Below, piece by piece: positions 36,079 through 47,275 of a stretch of 64,000 nt of DNA. Made by a program: the position numbers and the translations under genes. Origin of the DNA: Candidatus Oxydemutatoraceae bacterium (GTDB lineage: Bacteria; Pseudomonadota; Gammaproteobacteria; Poriferisulfidales; Oxydemutatoraceae); contig OZ244717.1 of the NCBI GenBank assembly GCA_965218975.1, forward strand, positions 1,728,001 to 1,792,000, written 5' to 3'. The stretch's first letter is position 1. Each line of letters starts with the position of its first letter. The notes beneath the pieces were generated by a model, which saw only the letters and a list, made by a program, of their open reading frames with translations, did not search any database and had not been told where the DNA came from.

Positions 36079-37710
36079 TTATGCCGCAGCCAACCTCGGT
36101 ACGGAAGCAAGCAAAGTTTTAGTATAAGTTTCAATCGGTTGATTCAATACCGACATTGTTTCACCCGACTCAACAATCTTCCCTTTGCGCATCACCGCAA
36201 TCGAATGCGCCATGTAAGCAACCACCGCGATATCATGCGTAATAAACAAATAACTTAATCCCTGCTCCCGCTGCAATTCATGTAGCAGATCAAGAATCTG
36301 CGCTTGTATGGAAACATCTAAGGAACTAGTCGGTTCATCACAAATTAGTAATTCCGGTTCAACCGCGAGTGCGCGCGCAATACATAATCGTTGGCGCTGT
36401 CCGCCGGAAAATTCATGCGGATACCGCTGTATAACGTTATTTAAACCGACTTTACGTAATAGCCATAATACCTTTTTATCCATCTCAGCTTCTTTCGCAT
36501 ATAAAGTTTGCGCGCGCATCCCTTCTTTAATAATCTCTCCGACTGTCAACTTCGGATTCATCGATGCAAACGGATCTTGTAGAACCACCTGCACTTTTTG
36601 CCTGAATTGACGGACCGCTTTGCCTCGCAAATTATCTAAATCTTGTCTTTGAAATAAAATTGTCCCCGTTCGGTTATCAACTAATCGCAGTATCGCCTTG
36701 GCAACAGTCGTCTTACCGCTCCCTGACTCACCGACCAACGCCAACGTTTGACCTTTCTTCAATTCAAATGAAACACCGTCTACTGCTCGAACATAACCGG
36801 TAACTCTGCGGAATATGCCGGAACGCACCGGAAAATGAACCGACAAATCTCGTACGGCTAGAATGTTTTGATCGCGCACATTCTGCTCCGTTTCGATCAT
36901 TGATCGGCTATTCCCGGATAAAACGACAGCACGCTTATCTAAGGTCAGAACCGCTCGTAATAAACAACGGCTGTAAGGATGAGTCAGCTGATGAAACGAT
37001 ACGCTATCAGAATGTTCAATAATCCGTCCGTCGCGCATAATGGCAAGGCTGTCCGCCACATTAGCGACAATTGCCAAATCATGCGAAATAAACAACATAG
37101 CCATACCCAGACGTTTTTGCAAAGTTTTCAGTAATGCAAGGACTTGGGCCTGCACCGTTACGTCGAGAGCCGTCGTCGGTTCGTCAGCAATCAGTAGTTG
37201 CGGATCACCGGCAATTGCAATTGCAATGACGGCACGCTGCTTCATCCCGCCGGATAATTCGTGCGGGTACGACTTGATAACACGTCGCGGGGCGTCAATC
37301 CCCACATGATCAAGCAGCTTCTCAACTTCTTTTTGTAATGCGTGGCGATACGTGTTTTTACATAAACGTAAAACTTCGCTAATCTGCTGCCCTATCGTAA
37401 AAACCGGATTTAATGCGGTGGCGGGCTCTTGAAATATAAAGGATATTTTCTTTCCGCGAATATGCTCCATTTGCGATTCCGGTGTCCTTAGCAAATCGGC
37501 GCCGCAAAAATGAATACTGCCGCTATAAAAACGAATGGCTCGAGGCAATAAGCGAACCACTGACAAAGCGCTCAACGTCTTCCCCGAACCTGATTCACCG
37601 AGCAAAGCAAAAGTCTTCCCTCGATGCACTTCAAAATTGACGTCATGCAGCAGACATTGATTCTCCAAGCCGACGCTTAAATTGGTAACCTGCAATAATG
37701 CTTGTGTCAT
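36079..37710 (-). CDS. Peptide ABC transporter, fused double ATP-binding protein
   Basis: Two GESGSGKT Walker A motifs, LSGGMKQR and FSGGQRQR, DEPT twice. Confidence 0.93.
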   Translation of the reverse strand: MTQALLQVTNLSVGLENQCLLHDVNFEVHRGKTFALLGESGSGKTLSALSVVRLLPRAIRFYSGSIHFCGADLLRTPESQMEHIRGKKISFIFQEPATALNPVFTIGQQISEVLRLCKNTYRHALQKEVEKLLDHVGIDAPRRVIKSYPHELSGGMKQRAVIAIAIAGDPQLLIADEPTTALDVTVQAQVLALLKTLQKRLGMAMLFISHDLAIVANVADSLAIMRDGRIIEHSDSVSFHQLTHPYSRCLLRAVLTLDKRAVVLSGNSRSMIETEQNVRDQNILAVRDLSVHFPVRSGIFRRVTGYVRAVDGVSFELKKGQTLALVGESGSGKTTVAKAILRLVDNRTGTILFQRQDLDNLRGKAVRQFRQKVQVVLQDPFASMNPKLTVGEIIKEGMRAQTLYAKEAEMDKKVLWLLRKVGLNNVIQRYPHEFSGGQRQRLCIARALAVEPELLICDEPTSSLDVSIQAQILDLLHELQREQGLSYLFITHDIAVVAYMAHSIAVMRKGKIVESGETMSVLNQPIETYTKTLLASVPRLAAA

Positions 37711-39116
37711 TATTGGGTCGACAGATATGGATCAAAGGCATCGCGGACCGCATCCGCCAGCAGATTCGCGCACAGTACCAAAACAAACATAAAGCCAAAA
37801 GCGGCGCACAGCGACCACCAAACAACCGGTTCACGCGCCATTTCTAATCGCGCACCGTTAATCATATTGCCCCAACTGAACATCGTCGGGTCCACTCCGA
37901 TATTCACGTAGGAAAGAACTGCTTCCGCCAACACCAATCCGCTAAAATCCAAAGCAATCGTGATAAATACAATGTGCATAACATTCGGCAGAATATGACG
38001 TAAAATCGTTCTGATTTTTCCAACGCCCAGCGCTTGCGCAGCAGTAATGTAATCCATACTTTTGACCTTTAGGGTCTCGGCACGAAGCAAACGGCAAAGC
38101 CCTGTCCAACTAGTGATTCCAAGTATGATGCACAGAAACAACAAACGAGTATCGGCACGCACCACTAAATTATTAAAGCTATCTTCATGTTGATTCATAT
38201 GCAAGTGTAGCATTAACACTCCGGCAGCAATCAATAACACTCCGGGGATGGAATTCAGTGTGGTATAAATATATTGAATCACATCATCCGCTCGCCCTAA
38301 AAAGTAGCCGGCGGTGATACCAAGGAATAAAGCAAAAGGCAGCATCACCAGAGTCGTTAAAGTACCGATTAAAACTCCGGTACGGATACTTTTAATCGCT
38401 TGATAAAAAACATCTTCGCCTACTTTATCGGTACCGAGAATATGATATTTGGACGACAACTGTATACAAATAAAGCAAACTGCTAGTATAGCTAGGAGCG
38501 TAAAAAACGCGGTTCGCCATGGAATAAACCGGGGGTCTGAAAAAAAAATCCGAAGCTGTGACGTTAGCGCTATCCTGCGTCGCATCGCATAAATAAAATT
38601 CAACAATAGCAGCAATATAGCTCCGGCCGAAGCTGCCTTGAAAATACCGCTGATCGTTAACCGAGATATATCCGGCCATCGTTGATCAACTCGCTCTAGG
38701 TGAGCGCCGCCGAATTGCAGGCGCGGATAATCACGTTGGGCTGTGCCGTCACCGACATTCTCCTTCACATAAGCATGTAACGCAAAAGGGCTGGAATAAG
38801 TTTTTTCTTTCTGTTTGCGTAGCAAAGTCAAAATCCAATCTAAAACACTCAAAACTTCATTAGAATATGTCGCTTCTTGAGTGGCGACCTGATTTATCGA
38901 TATAGCTGAAAGCCGCGGTCGAAAATGTAAGGAGTCAAGCAAAGCAGTCAAAACATAGAAAACGATGACCGATAAGGAGATCACCGCAACTCTGCTTTGT
39001 GCAAGATTTTGCCAAGGCCTAAGCAAGTGAGGCCGACTAATTGCGTAAATGAAATAAGCGCCAATCGAACCAATCAAGAGAAAAAACAGAAAATCGGTGG
39101 CAAGTATAACCGGCAT
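37710..39116 (-). CDS. Peptide ABC transporter permease (OppC/DppC-like)
   Basis: HILGTDKVG, EAA-like YITAAQALG, RHILPN. Confidence 0.92.
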   Translation of the reverse strand: MPVILATDFLFFLLIGSIGAYFIYAISRPHLLRPWQNLAQSRVAVISLSVIVFYVLTALLDSLHFRPRLSAISINQVATQEATYSNEVLSVLDWILTLLRKQKEKTYSSPFALHAYVKENVGDGTAQRDYPRLQFGGAHLERVDQRWPDISRLTISGIFKAASAGAILLLLLNFIYAMRRRIALTSQLRIFFSDPRFIPWRTAFFTLLAILAVCFICIQLSSKYHILGTDKVGEDVFYQAIKSIRTGVLIGTLTTLVMLPFALFLGITAGYFLGRADDVIQYIYTTLNSIPGVLLIAAGVLMLHLHMNQHEDSFNNLVVRADTRLLFLCIILGITSWTGLCRLLRAETLKVKSMDYITAAQALGVGKIRTILRHILPNVMHIVFITIALDFSGLVLAEAVLSYVNIGVDPTMFSWGNMINGARLEMAREPVVWWSLCAAFGFMFVLVLCANLLADAVRDAFDPYLSTQ

Positions 39117-39120
39117 CGTC

Positions 39121-40098
39121 CTAACTCAAACGCACTCGCGGATCAACAATGGCATAAGAGATGTCTGTCAACAACAAACCCAGAATGTATAGCATCGCTC
39201 CCAAAAAAACCATTGAGCGTACAATTGAAAAATCCTGCCGCAAGATAGCATCGATCGTATAACTGCCCAATCCTGGAATGCTGAAAAATGATTCGGTAAT
39301 TAAACTACCCATAAAAAGCAAAGGAAGAATCACTACCACACCGGTTAGAATCGGAATCAGCGAATTGCGCAGGACATGGCGGAATAATATGTTAAGCTCG
39401 CTCAATCCTTTCGCCCTCGCCAAACGCACATAGTCCTTACCGAATTCTTCCAGAAAAATCGTGCGATACCACCGCCCGCCGGCGCCGATTCCGCTAACGA
39501 CTCCGATGATGATCGGCAGCGCTAAAAATTTAATGGCTTCCCAACCGTCGGTATAACCGGAAACCGGAACCAATTTTAACAATTTCGCAACCAAGTATTG
39601 TCCGCCGATGATATAGAATAGGCCTGAAATTGACATCAGTGCGATACATAAAATCACCGAACTAAAATCAACATAAGTCGCTCGAAAAAAGACCATCAAA
39701 AGCGCAAAACTGATATTGACCAGCAGCCCAACCAGTAAAGTCGGCACGGCAATCATAAGGCTTGGCCACATTCGCTGCTTGATATCCCTGCCTATATCCC
39801 GTCCGCTATCGGAAATTCCAAAGTCAAACACCAAGAGGCGGAGCGATTCGTTAAAAAAAACTGTGTCGGTAAACTTTTCCAAGCCGGGTGATCGCTTAGA
39901 GTAAATGAGCGGCTTATTGTAGCCGCGTTCTTCCTTCCATGTTTCAATTTGTTCCTGAGTAATATGTCGATGCCCCAAATTCATTCGGGCGACATCATCA
40001 GGCGAATTGACAACAAAGAATAGTAAAAAAGTCAAAACATTCACTCCCAATAGAATCGGAGCGGCATAAATCACGCGGCGTAAAACGTAGGCAGTCAT
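39121..40098 (-). CDS. Peptide ABC transporter permease (OppB/DppB-like)
   Basis: DYVRLARAKGLS...HVLRNSLIP...PGLG...DPRV. Confidence 0.92.
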   Translation of the reverse strand: MTAYVLRRVIYAAPILLGVNVLTFLLFFVVNSPDDVARMNLGHRHITQEQIETWKEERGYNKPLIYSKRSPGLEKFTDTVFFNESLRLLVFDFGISDSGRDIGRDIKQRMWPSLMIAVPTLLVGLLVNISFALLMVFFRATYVDFSSVILCIALMSISGLFYIIGGQYLVAKLLKLVPVSGYTDGWEAIKFLALPIIIGVVSGIGAGGRWYRTIFLEEFGKDYVRLARAKGLSELNILFRHVLRNSLIPILTGVVVILPLLFMGSLITESFFSIPGLGSYTIDAILRQDFSIVRSMVFLGAMLYILGLLLTDISYAIVDPRVRLS

Positions 40099-42281
40099 AG
40101 TGCGGTTTGATTACGGCGAAGATAGTACACGCGAATGGCTGGCAATAAAAATATCACCAGCAAAAAAACAACCCATACTAAAGGCTGAATAACCGGCCGA
40201 TTCCATTCGGCAACGTATTGCGCACGGCGTTCGGCATCAATCCGTTGATACTTCAACGTGTTATTTGCCATCAAGTTCGGCTTGAAATTCCGATACCAGT
40301 CGTAATGCAATATAAATGATTTCGGATGAAACCCCCAAATCCATGGCGCGTCATGACGTAGAATTTCAATCATCTCATTGATCACTTGTCGGCGCAATGA
40401 TGTGTTTGGCATACTTTTCATCTGTTCGTAGAGACGATCGAATTGAGGGTTTTGATAATTAGCCGCATTCTCTCCGCCGCCTTTCGCCTTAGCATGAGGG
40501 CCATATAATAAAAAAAAGAAATTTTCAGGGTCCGGATAATCTGCGTTCCATCCCCAACGGAAAATTTGTGCATTCCCATTTAACATTTTGTCCTGAAATC
40601 GATTATAGTCGGTATTACGAATTACCAATTGAATATCTAGTTTGGCAAACTGCTTGCGGAGCCAACTTAAAAAGGACTTGGCATCCGGGCCTGAACCTAT
40701 AGAATCAAAGTACAATATAAGAGCTTGGCCGGTTCTTTGATCAATGCCATTTGCGTAACCTGCCTCCCGTAACAAGCGGCGGGCTTCATCAAGCGATTTA
40801 CGTTGCAGCGTCTTTGATGAGGCGACACGGTCATAAACATAACGATTAAAATCGCTTTGATCGTAGCCAAAAATTTCAGGCGGGAGCGGGCTTTGCGCGG
40901 CAAGTCCTCTGCCGTTTAAGAAGATTGAAATAAACTCTTCCATGTCGACTGCGATAGACAATGCGCGGCGTAATTTAACCGCTCGTTCATTCAAACCGCC
41001 TACCACAGGATCAAGCATATTGAATCCGATATAAATCACCGAACTAGTAATCGCGGTTTGCATTATGATGCCTTTTTTATTCATTTCATCAGTTAAAGAA
41101 AATTCACCGTCCACGCGTACTCGAACCGCTTGATCAAAACTATCCGAAGTCAATCCGGACCGATCGTAATACCCTTGCAGAAATTTATTCCAGTACGGTA
41201 TATCCTCTTTCTCAAGACTAAAAACAACTTCGTCAATAAAGGGCAACTGCTTGCCGCTGTCAACCAACAAACTACGCGCCGAATCGCCCTGCACACCTCC
41301 GACCGGATAAGTTTCGGTATGGAAGTTCGGGTTACGCTTCAACATCATGCGCAAATTAGGATTATTTTCCACTAGCATATAAGCGCCGCTGCCGACGGGG
41401 TACCAATTTAAAGTGATGTTGCTTTCCTGCAATTCCGGCTGGCTGTAAAAGTAATCGGCTTCCCAGGGCATCGGCGCAAAAAAAGGCATTGCCAGCCAGT
41501 ATATAAACTGCGGATAATCGCTGCTCACTGTAATTCGATAGCGATAGCGATCAAGCACTTTCACTCCCGGCATATCAATCTTGCGTAAATCCAACCACTT
41601 ATCTGAATTTAATAATTTACGTTCGGATCGAACTTTCTCCCTGAATTCGGCGAAGCCGGAAACATGTTCGGCGAATAAACTTGCAACCGGGCTATGTAAT
41701 GCAGGGTCTGCAAGTCGTTTAATTTGATAAACATAGTCTGCCGCTGTCAGCTCGCGAGTGCCGGTTTCAGGAAAATCTGCTATACCGTAGACTGAATCTG
41801 TCTGTTGCGGTGATATTGGAATATAGCGGAATTGCCCGTCCGCGGAGCGGGCAAATGCCGGATGCGGCTGATAAAAAATATCGGGCTTAAGTGTAATTTC
41901 ATATACGCTCCGAAGCGCAAGGGTGGCATCTTCAGTCCGTTGTTCATCGGCGGTTAAGTGATACACTTGTGGTAGCGTTTGTGCCGTTAACGGCACTAGC
42001 TGGTACGGTCTCTTTAAGTAGTGGTATTGTAGTGGCGGTTCATAAACTTGGGCAATAATCGCATATTCATTAGAACTGTAGGAACGCGCCGGATCAAGAA
42101 ATTTCGGACGCTCTGAAAATGCCGTATACAAAATATTTTTCTCGAAATTGGAATGCGGATTATTCCAAGCGCGATCGCAAGAAGTTAGTGCCAGAATAGC
42201 GAGCACACAAGCCGTACTGCTTTTTGCAAAATTTAATCGATGATATTTATTGGTGTACAATGGTCCGGCCACTTCTATCAT
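40095..42281 (-). CDS. Peptide ABC transporter substrate-binding lipoprotein (family 5)
   Basis: LALTSC lipobox-like motif, LDPARSY, PVGSGAY, GWNADYPDPENF; start likely at or after 42281 rather than 42386. Confidence 0.88.
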   Translation of the reverse strand: MIEVAGPLYTNKYHRLNFAKSSTACVLAILALTSCDRAWNNPHSNFEKNILYTAFSERPKFLDPARSYSSNEYAIIAQVYEPPLQYHYLKRPYQLVPLTAQTLPQVYHLTADEQRTEDATLALRSVYEITLKPDIFYQPHPAFARSADGQFRYIPISPQQTDSVYGIADFPETGTRELTAADYVYQIKRLADPALHSPVASLFAEHVSGFAEFREKVRSERKLLNSDKWLDLRKIDMPGVKVLDRYRYRITVSSDYPQFIYWLAMPFFAPMPWEADYFYSQPELQESNITLNWYPVGSGAYMLVENNPNLRMMLKRNPNFHTETYPVGGVQGDSARSLLVDSGKQLPFIDEVVFSLEKEDIPYWNKFLQGYYDRSGLTSDSFDQAVRVRVDGEFSLTDEMNKKGIIMQTAITSSVIYIGFNMLDPVVGGLNERAVKLRRALSIAVDMEEFISIFLNGRGLAAQSPLPPEIFGYDQSDFNRYVYDRVASSKTLQRKSLDEARRLLREAGYANGIDQRTGQALILYFDSIGSGPDAKSFLSWLRKQFAKLDIQLVIRNTDYNRFQDKMLNGNAQIFRWGWNADYPDPENFFFLLYGPHAKAKGGGENAANYQNPQFDRLYEQMKSMPNTSLRRQVINEMIEILRHDAPWIWGFHPKSFILHYDWYRNFKPNLMANNTLKYQRIDAERRAQYVAEWNRPVIQPLVWVVFLLVIFLLPAIRVYYLRRNQTAL

Positions 42282-42332
42282 TAGATAATAAACATATCCT
42301 AAACTCATAACCGACAAATTGGCAATCGACTT

Positions 42333-42566
42333 ATGACTATCGAGCAGATCATTGACGAGTTTGGAGCAATAGTATTCTTGGACCAAGAAACCGATCTTTT
42401 AATTGCTTGGGACGGAAGGGTTCATTTTGAAATCTTTGCCGGGAAATTTGACGGAAACTACGACAAGATTGACGCTTTCTATCGCGAAGTGAAAACGATT
42501 CACACTGCCAAAACAGTGGCTAAAATGTGGTTTGACGAACATGCAATCTTTAACCCAGGACCATAA
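42333..42566 (+). CDS. Small hypothetical protein coupled to fabI
   Basis: 77-aa ATG ORF whose TAA abuts the fabI ATG (TAAATG). Confidence 0.55.
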   Translation: MTIEQIIDEFGAIVFLDQETDLLIAWDGRVHFEIFAGKFDGNYDKIDAFYREVKTIHTAKTVAKMWFDEHAIFNPGP

Positions 42567-43355
42567 ATGGGCTTTCTGCAAGGGAAACAAGTGTTAATCA
42601 CCGGGGTGGCGAGCGAACGTTCGATTGCTTGGGGGATGGTACAAGCAATGTCCCGTGAAAACGCTGAAATTGCTTTAACTTACCAAAATGAAAAGCTGAG
42701 ATCACGAGTCGAAAAGCTTGCCGGACAATGCGGTTGCCGCTTAGTACTGCCTTGCGATGTTTCAAATGAGGATAACATTCGGCAGCTGTTTCAAACATTA
42801 GGCAAGGAATGGGACCGGTTGAATGGCTTGGTGCACTCCATTGCTTTCGCGCCACGCGAAGAATTAAACGGCGATTTTGCCGAAGTTACAACTCGTGCCG
42901 GTTTCAACAGCGCGCATGAAATCAGCTCGTACAGCCTAACCGCTTTAGCACGCTGCGCACGGCCTCTGATGCGTAATAATGGCGGCGCAATCGTTACTCT
43001 CAGCTACCTCGGCGCCGAAAGAGCGGTTGCCAACTATAATGTCATGGGGCTTGCCAAAGCGAGCCTTGAAGCGAACGTTCGCTACCTTGCCTGTGCTTTA
43101 GGTAAAGATAATATTCGCGTCAACAGCATTTCAGCGGGGCCAATACGCACGCTCGCCGCTGCCGGCATCAGTGATTTTCGTAAAATGCTGGAGATAGTTG
43201 AAAAAACCGCGCCGCTTAAGAAAAACATTAGCATTGAAGAGGTCGGGAATGCCGGAGCTTTCTTAATCTCCGACTTAGCTTCAGGTATTACCGGTGAAGT
43301 TATTTATGTGGACGGGGGGTTCCATATCGTCGGTTTGCCGTTTATACAGCAATAA
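42567..43355 (+). CDS. fabI: Enoyl-ACP reductase
   Basis: [36 protein letters not shown]. Confidence 0.97.
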   Translation: MGFLQGKQVLITGVASERSIAWGMVQAMSRENAEIALTYQNEKLRSRVEKLAGQCGCRLVLPCDVSNEDNIRQLFQTLGKEWDRLNGLVHSIAFAPREELNGDFAEVTTRAGFNSAHEISSYSLTALARCARPLMRNNGGAIVTLSYLGAERAVANYNVMGLAKASLEANVRYLACALGKDNIRVNSISAGPIRTLAAAGISDFRKMLEIVEKTAPLKKNISIEEVGNAGAFLISDLASGITGEVIYVDGGFHIVGLPFIQQ

Positions 43356-43379
43356 ATCATACGCCCCCCCGCACAGAAA

Positions 43380-44666
43380 TTATGCTTTCTTCAAAGCCGC
43401 ATGGACCATTTCTTTTTCACTGCGGGCAATAACACAGGCGCCTGTCAGATCGCTAAATACATTCACACTGGTTCTACACATATCTAAAATCCGATCAACT
43501 GTCAAAACAAGTCCGATCGCCTCAATCGGTAAACCGACTGCCGACAAAATTAATGTGATAGCAACCAAACTCGCGGCAGGAATACCTGCAACACCGATAG
43601 AAGTTAGCAAAGCGAGTATGACGATGCTCAGCTGGGTCGCAAAACTTAAATCGACACTATAAAGTTGAGCGATAAAAACAACAACGACACACTCATAAAG
43701 TGCGGTTCCGTCCATATTGACAGTCGCACCTAACGGCAAAACAAAACTGCTAACACGTTTTGACACCCCCGCTCTTTGCTGAATACTATTTAAGCTGACC
43801 GGTAGCGTTGCCGAAGATGAAGCGGTAGAAAATGCGGTCAGCAATGCCGGAATAACTTGCCCCATATATTGAATCGGACTGACATTGGCAATGGTTCTTA
43901 GCAACAGCGGCAAAATGATGAAAAAATGAAATGCCAATGCCACCAGCACTGTCAGAAAAAACTTCAACAAAGGTAAAACCGACTCCATCCCGGAAATAAT
44001 CACTGTCTTCGCAACTAAAGCAAAAACCCCATAAGGCATAAATCGCATAATCCATAAAGTAATCCGGATCATTACTTCCTGAACACTCTCCCAAAAATCG
44101 GCTAGGGAACGGCCGATATTACCGGAAACTTTCGTCATAAAAAAACCGAACACCGCACTAAAAAAAATCAGACCCAACAATTGACCTTCAGCGGCAGCAT
44201 GAAAAATATTTTCCGGCACCATGCGTAAAAATACTGCGGCAATGTCGCCGACCGCTTTACCTTCAACCTTACCCATAAATTCGGAAGTATCAGGCATTGT
44301 CGCTAAGATTCTTTGTGACGCTTCATCACTAACAGTGCCCGGCATTATTAAATTCACCAATGACAAACCGATAATGATTGAAATACTGCTGGTCATCAAA
44401 TAATAGCCCAATGTTTTGGCGCCTAACCTGCCAAACGCATGATCATTAGCGACGTTTGCCACACCGACAATAATAGAAGAGACAACTAAAGGCACGACAA
44501 CCATTTTCAGCGCATTCAGGAACAATGTTCCTAAAAACGTCAAAATGGCAACCAATTCAATGCCCGCGAGTTGAGTTTGTTCGGTTGAAAAACTTCCGAT
44601 TAAAACCGCAAGCATAAGCGCAATCAGAACTTGCCAATGAAGTGCAATTTTTTCAGAAAAAATCAT
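43380..44666 (-). CDS. Dicarboxylate/amino acid:cation symporter (GltP-like)
   Basis: TAFSTASSSATLP, GATVNMDG, VDRILDMCRTSVN. Confidence 0.93.
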   Translation of the reverse strand: MIFSEKIALHWQVLIALMLAVLIGSFSTEQTQLAGIELVAILTFLGTLFLNALKMVVVPLVVSSIIVGVANVANDHAFGRLGAKTLGYYLMTSSISIIIGLSLVNLIMPGTVSDEASQRILATMPDTSEFMGKVEGKAVGDIAAVFLRMVPENIFHAAAEGQLLGLIFFSAVFGFFMTKVSGNIGRSLADFWESVQEVMIRITLWIMRFMPYGVFALVAKTVIISGMESVLPLLKFFLTVLVALAFHFFIILPLLLRTIANVSPIQYMGQVIPALLTAFSTASSSATLPVSLNSIQQRAGVSKRVSSFVLPLGATVNMDGTALYECVVVVFIAQLYSVDLSFATQLSIVILALLTSIGVAGIPAASLVAITLILSAVGLPIEAIGLVLTVDRILDMCRTSVNVFSDLTGACVIARSEKEMVHAALKKA

Positions 44667-44671
44667 TTCAA

Positions 44672-46552
44672 TTATTCCCCTTCAAATTTATCAAGTTCCC
44701 CATTATTAATTTTGAAATCAATAGTTTGAGTTAGATCTTGTAAAACGAGATTCACTTCGTTTATGAATACGGCAAACGGCTCAATTTCTTCCTCATCACG
44801 CTCCTCGTCAAGTTTCACTTCCGACAGCTCGATTACAATGTGATAACCATCTTCGGATATCTCTGCCGCACGGTAGGAGTTTTGGTCGGGTTTAGGCGGT
44901 GGAATGCGGTAAGCGGCATTGATAACCGCTTGGTCCAATCCCGAAATATTGCGCCGAATGAATCCCGGATCTTGAATTTCCAGTGCATGCTTTTCGGCGA
45001 TATCTTCAAATGTGGTCCCTGAACGTAATTCGTTGACTATCTGTTGGGCAAATTCGGCAGATTCTTTACCGGCTTTTCGTTTTTGGAGATACCGGAATAT
45101 TTTTTCCGAAACTTTCTTATATGATTGTTGCCTAGGCGACTCATTATTGGTGATTTGAAAAACAAAAGCGCGTCGCGGTTCAATCTCAAAAACTTCACTA
45201 ATTAACTTTTGGGAAAAAATCTTCTCTTTATTGATTTCTGTGCGAAATGTTTTATAGCCTAGAAAGGGATTTTCAACATCTTCTGATAACCAACCTGTTT
45301 TATGTAATTCAAGTTCCGACAAGTCTGCTACCAAACTTAAATTTTCATTCTCAAAAGCCAGCTCTTTGAGCATTGAAACCTTATCATCGTATATGCCTTG
45401 AGATTGATCGCGCTTTAATCGCGCCAATATTGCTTCCATCAGCTCGCCTTCGTAAGCTTTTTGTTGCTGAGGCACGACAGACAATAACTTAAATATCTGT
45501 ATCCCAAAACGACTATTAATCGGTTGGCTAAAACTTCCTTCCTGCAGAGAAAAAATTGCCGCTCCTTGTGCTTCTTCCAACTCATCCCGTTCAAATGGCG
45601 GTAATTCCCCGTGCGCATCTAAACTTAGAAAATCATCGGAAAACTCTTTTACTAACTCGGCAAAATCTTCTCCGGCAAGTAACCTGTCATACGCTTCCTG
45701 AGCACGTTCTTCCGCTGCCGCTTCGCCGTGCCGACGCGGACTAAACAGTAAATGGGCAACGATACGCCGTTCCGGAATGATAAAATCCTGTAGATTACTT
45801 GCATAATAGTTACGCCCTTCCTCTTCCGTTATAACAATACCATTTTCTATATCGTCCATTTTCAACTCAAGATAGTCCATCTTGAAGCGTCTTGGCGTCT
45901 TGAATTTCTCTCTATTCTCATTGTAGAAGTTTTGCGCCTCTTCATCGGATACTTTCTGCACATTTAACCATTTATCGGGATCAATATCGACGTAACGTAT
46001 CTTCCGCGTTTGGAAAGATAAATCCTCATATAGTTTCGTCTCGGCATCTAAAGTAAAGCTGCCGGCTGAAACCGCACTCTGTAATTGCCTATCGCGCAAA
46101 ACCTTTCTCATAAAGCTTTGATATTGCTTAAATGACAAGTTGTTCGCATCTAAGAACTGAGAAAATACTGCTTTATCGAACCGCCCGTCCGTTTGAAACT
46201 GCTCAGAACGAGCAATCGCTTCGGCAATCGTCCGACCGGAAACGGAATAGCCATTCCTTTCCGTTTCTTGGGCAACCAGCCCTTCTCGCAGTAGAGTGAT
46301 GACTGTCTGTTGACGAACAAATTCAGGTTCCAGTTCGCCACCGATTCGCTCTTCCAGCAAACGTTTTTGATTGATATAAGCATTCCTGTACTCCCTTAGA
46401 GTGATTTCCTGATCAGCAATCTCAATAACGATCGGGTCGCCGGAATCTTGGAAATAAAAATTAATTCCCCATAAAGCAAAAGGAACGCTGATAATACCAA
46501 TGATCCCATAGGCTATCCAACCAGTTATTTTTTCACGAATCTGCAAAAGCAT
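44672..46552 (-). CDS. ppiD: Periplasmic chaperone/PPIase D
   Basis: MLLQIREKITGW N-terminal TM, SurA-like N domain, parvulin domain (HLLF...FSDD...SQPINSRFG); follows hupB. Confidence 0.9.
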   Translation of the reverse strand: MLLQIREKITGWIAYGIIGIISVPFALWGINFYFQDSGDPIVIEIADQEITLREYRNAYINQKRLLEERIGGELEPEFVRQQTVITLLREGLVAQETERNGYSVSGRTIAEAIARSEQFQTDGRFDKAVFSQFLDANNLSFKQYQSFMRKVLRDRQLQSAVSAGSFTLDAETKLYEDLSFQTRKIRYVDIDPDKWLNVQKVSDEEAQNFYNENREKFKTPRRFKMDYLELKMDDIENGIVITEEEGRNYYASNLQDFIIPERRIVAHLLFSPRRHGEAAAEERAQEAYDRLLAGEDFAELVKEFSDDFLSLDAHGELPPFERDELEEAQGAAIFSLQEGSFSQPINSRFGIQIFKLLSVVPQQQKAYEGELMEAILARLKRDQSQGIYDDKVSMLKELAFENENLSLVADLSELELHKTGWLSEDVENPFLGYKTFRTEINKEKIFSQKLISEVFEIEPRRAFVFQITNNESPRQQSYKKVSEKIFRYLQKRKAGKESAEFAQQIVNELRSGTTFEDIAEKHALEIQDPGFIRRNISGLDQAVINAAYRIPPPKPDQNSYRAAEISEDGYHIVIELSEVKLDEERDEEEIEPFAVFINEVNLVLQDLTQTIDFKINNGELDKFEGE

Positions 46553-46640
46553 ACGATGGTTCTACAAGAGCTATATAATCCGCCTACTCAAAATAAATAC
46601 GGGCAACACCTTAGCCCCGTATCATCTTAACTCTTAATTG

Positions 46641-46717
46641 TGGCGGAGTGGACGGGACTCGAACCCGCGACCCCCGGCGTGACAGGCCGGTATTCTAACC
46701 AACTGAACTACCACTCC
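46641..46717 (-). tRNA. tRNA-Asp(GTC)
   Basis: GGAGTGGTAGTTCAGTTGGTTAGAATAC...anticodon GTC...GCCA. Confidence 0.96.
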
Positions 46718-46727
46718 GTAGGGTTCC

Positions 46728-46802
46728 TGGTGGGTGCTGAGGGATTTGAACCCCCGACTTCCGCCTTGTAAGGACGGCGCTCTACCACTGAGCTAAGCAC
46801 CC
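46728..46802 (-). tRNA. tRNA-Val(TAC)
   Basis: GGGTGCTTAGCTCAGTGGTAGAGC...anticodon TAC...ACCA. Confidence 0.96.
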
Positions 46803-46822
46803 CTGAAAGATTCCTTTAAGAT

Positions 46823-47095
46823 CTAATTCAGGGCGTCTTTCAGAGATTTTCCCGCTTTGAAGGCCGGTGCCTTACTCGCGGCAATCTGAATGGCTTCGCC
46901 GGTTCGAGGATTACGACCCATACGCGGTTTCCTTTCACGCACTAGAAAAGTGCCGAATCCAACAATTGTGACCTGTTTGCCTATTCTCAAGGCATTGGTA
47001 ACTGCTTTAGTAAACGCATCAACAGCTTTACCTGCATCTACCTTAGAGAGTCCTGTACCATCAGCAACAGATTCAATAAGTTCTGACTTATTCAT
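46823..47095 (-). CDS. hupB: DNA-binding protein HU
   Basis: MNKSELI...GFGTF...GRNPRTGE...PAFKAGK; follows lon. Confidence 0.95.
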   Translation of the reverse strand: MNKSELIESVADGTGLSKVDAGKAVDAFTKAVTNALRIGKQVTIVGFGTFLVRERKPRMGRNPRTGEAIQIAASKAPAFKAGKSLKDALN

Positions 47096-47275
47096 CGGAT
47101 TTTAGTCTCCTTTATGAGGTTAGTTATTTCGAGGAATTTTTATATTTGCCAGTTGCAACACTCAGACATTTATTCTACTTTGCACGGCAATAACACCTGA
47201 ATGCGACACACTAGTGATCATGCTGTGTATAGGGAACCATTATACACAAATAATCGGAAAAATCTCAAGCAAATG

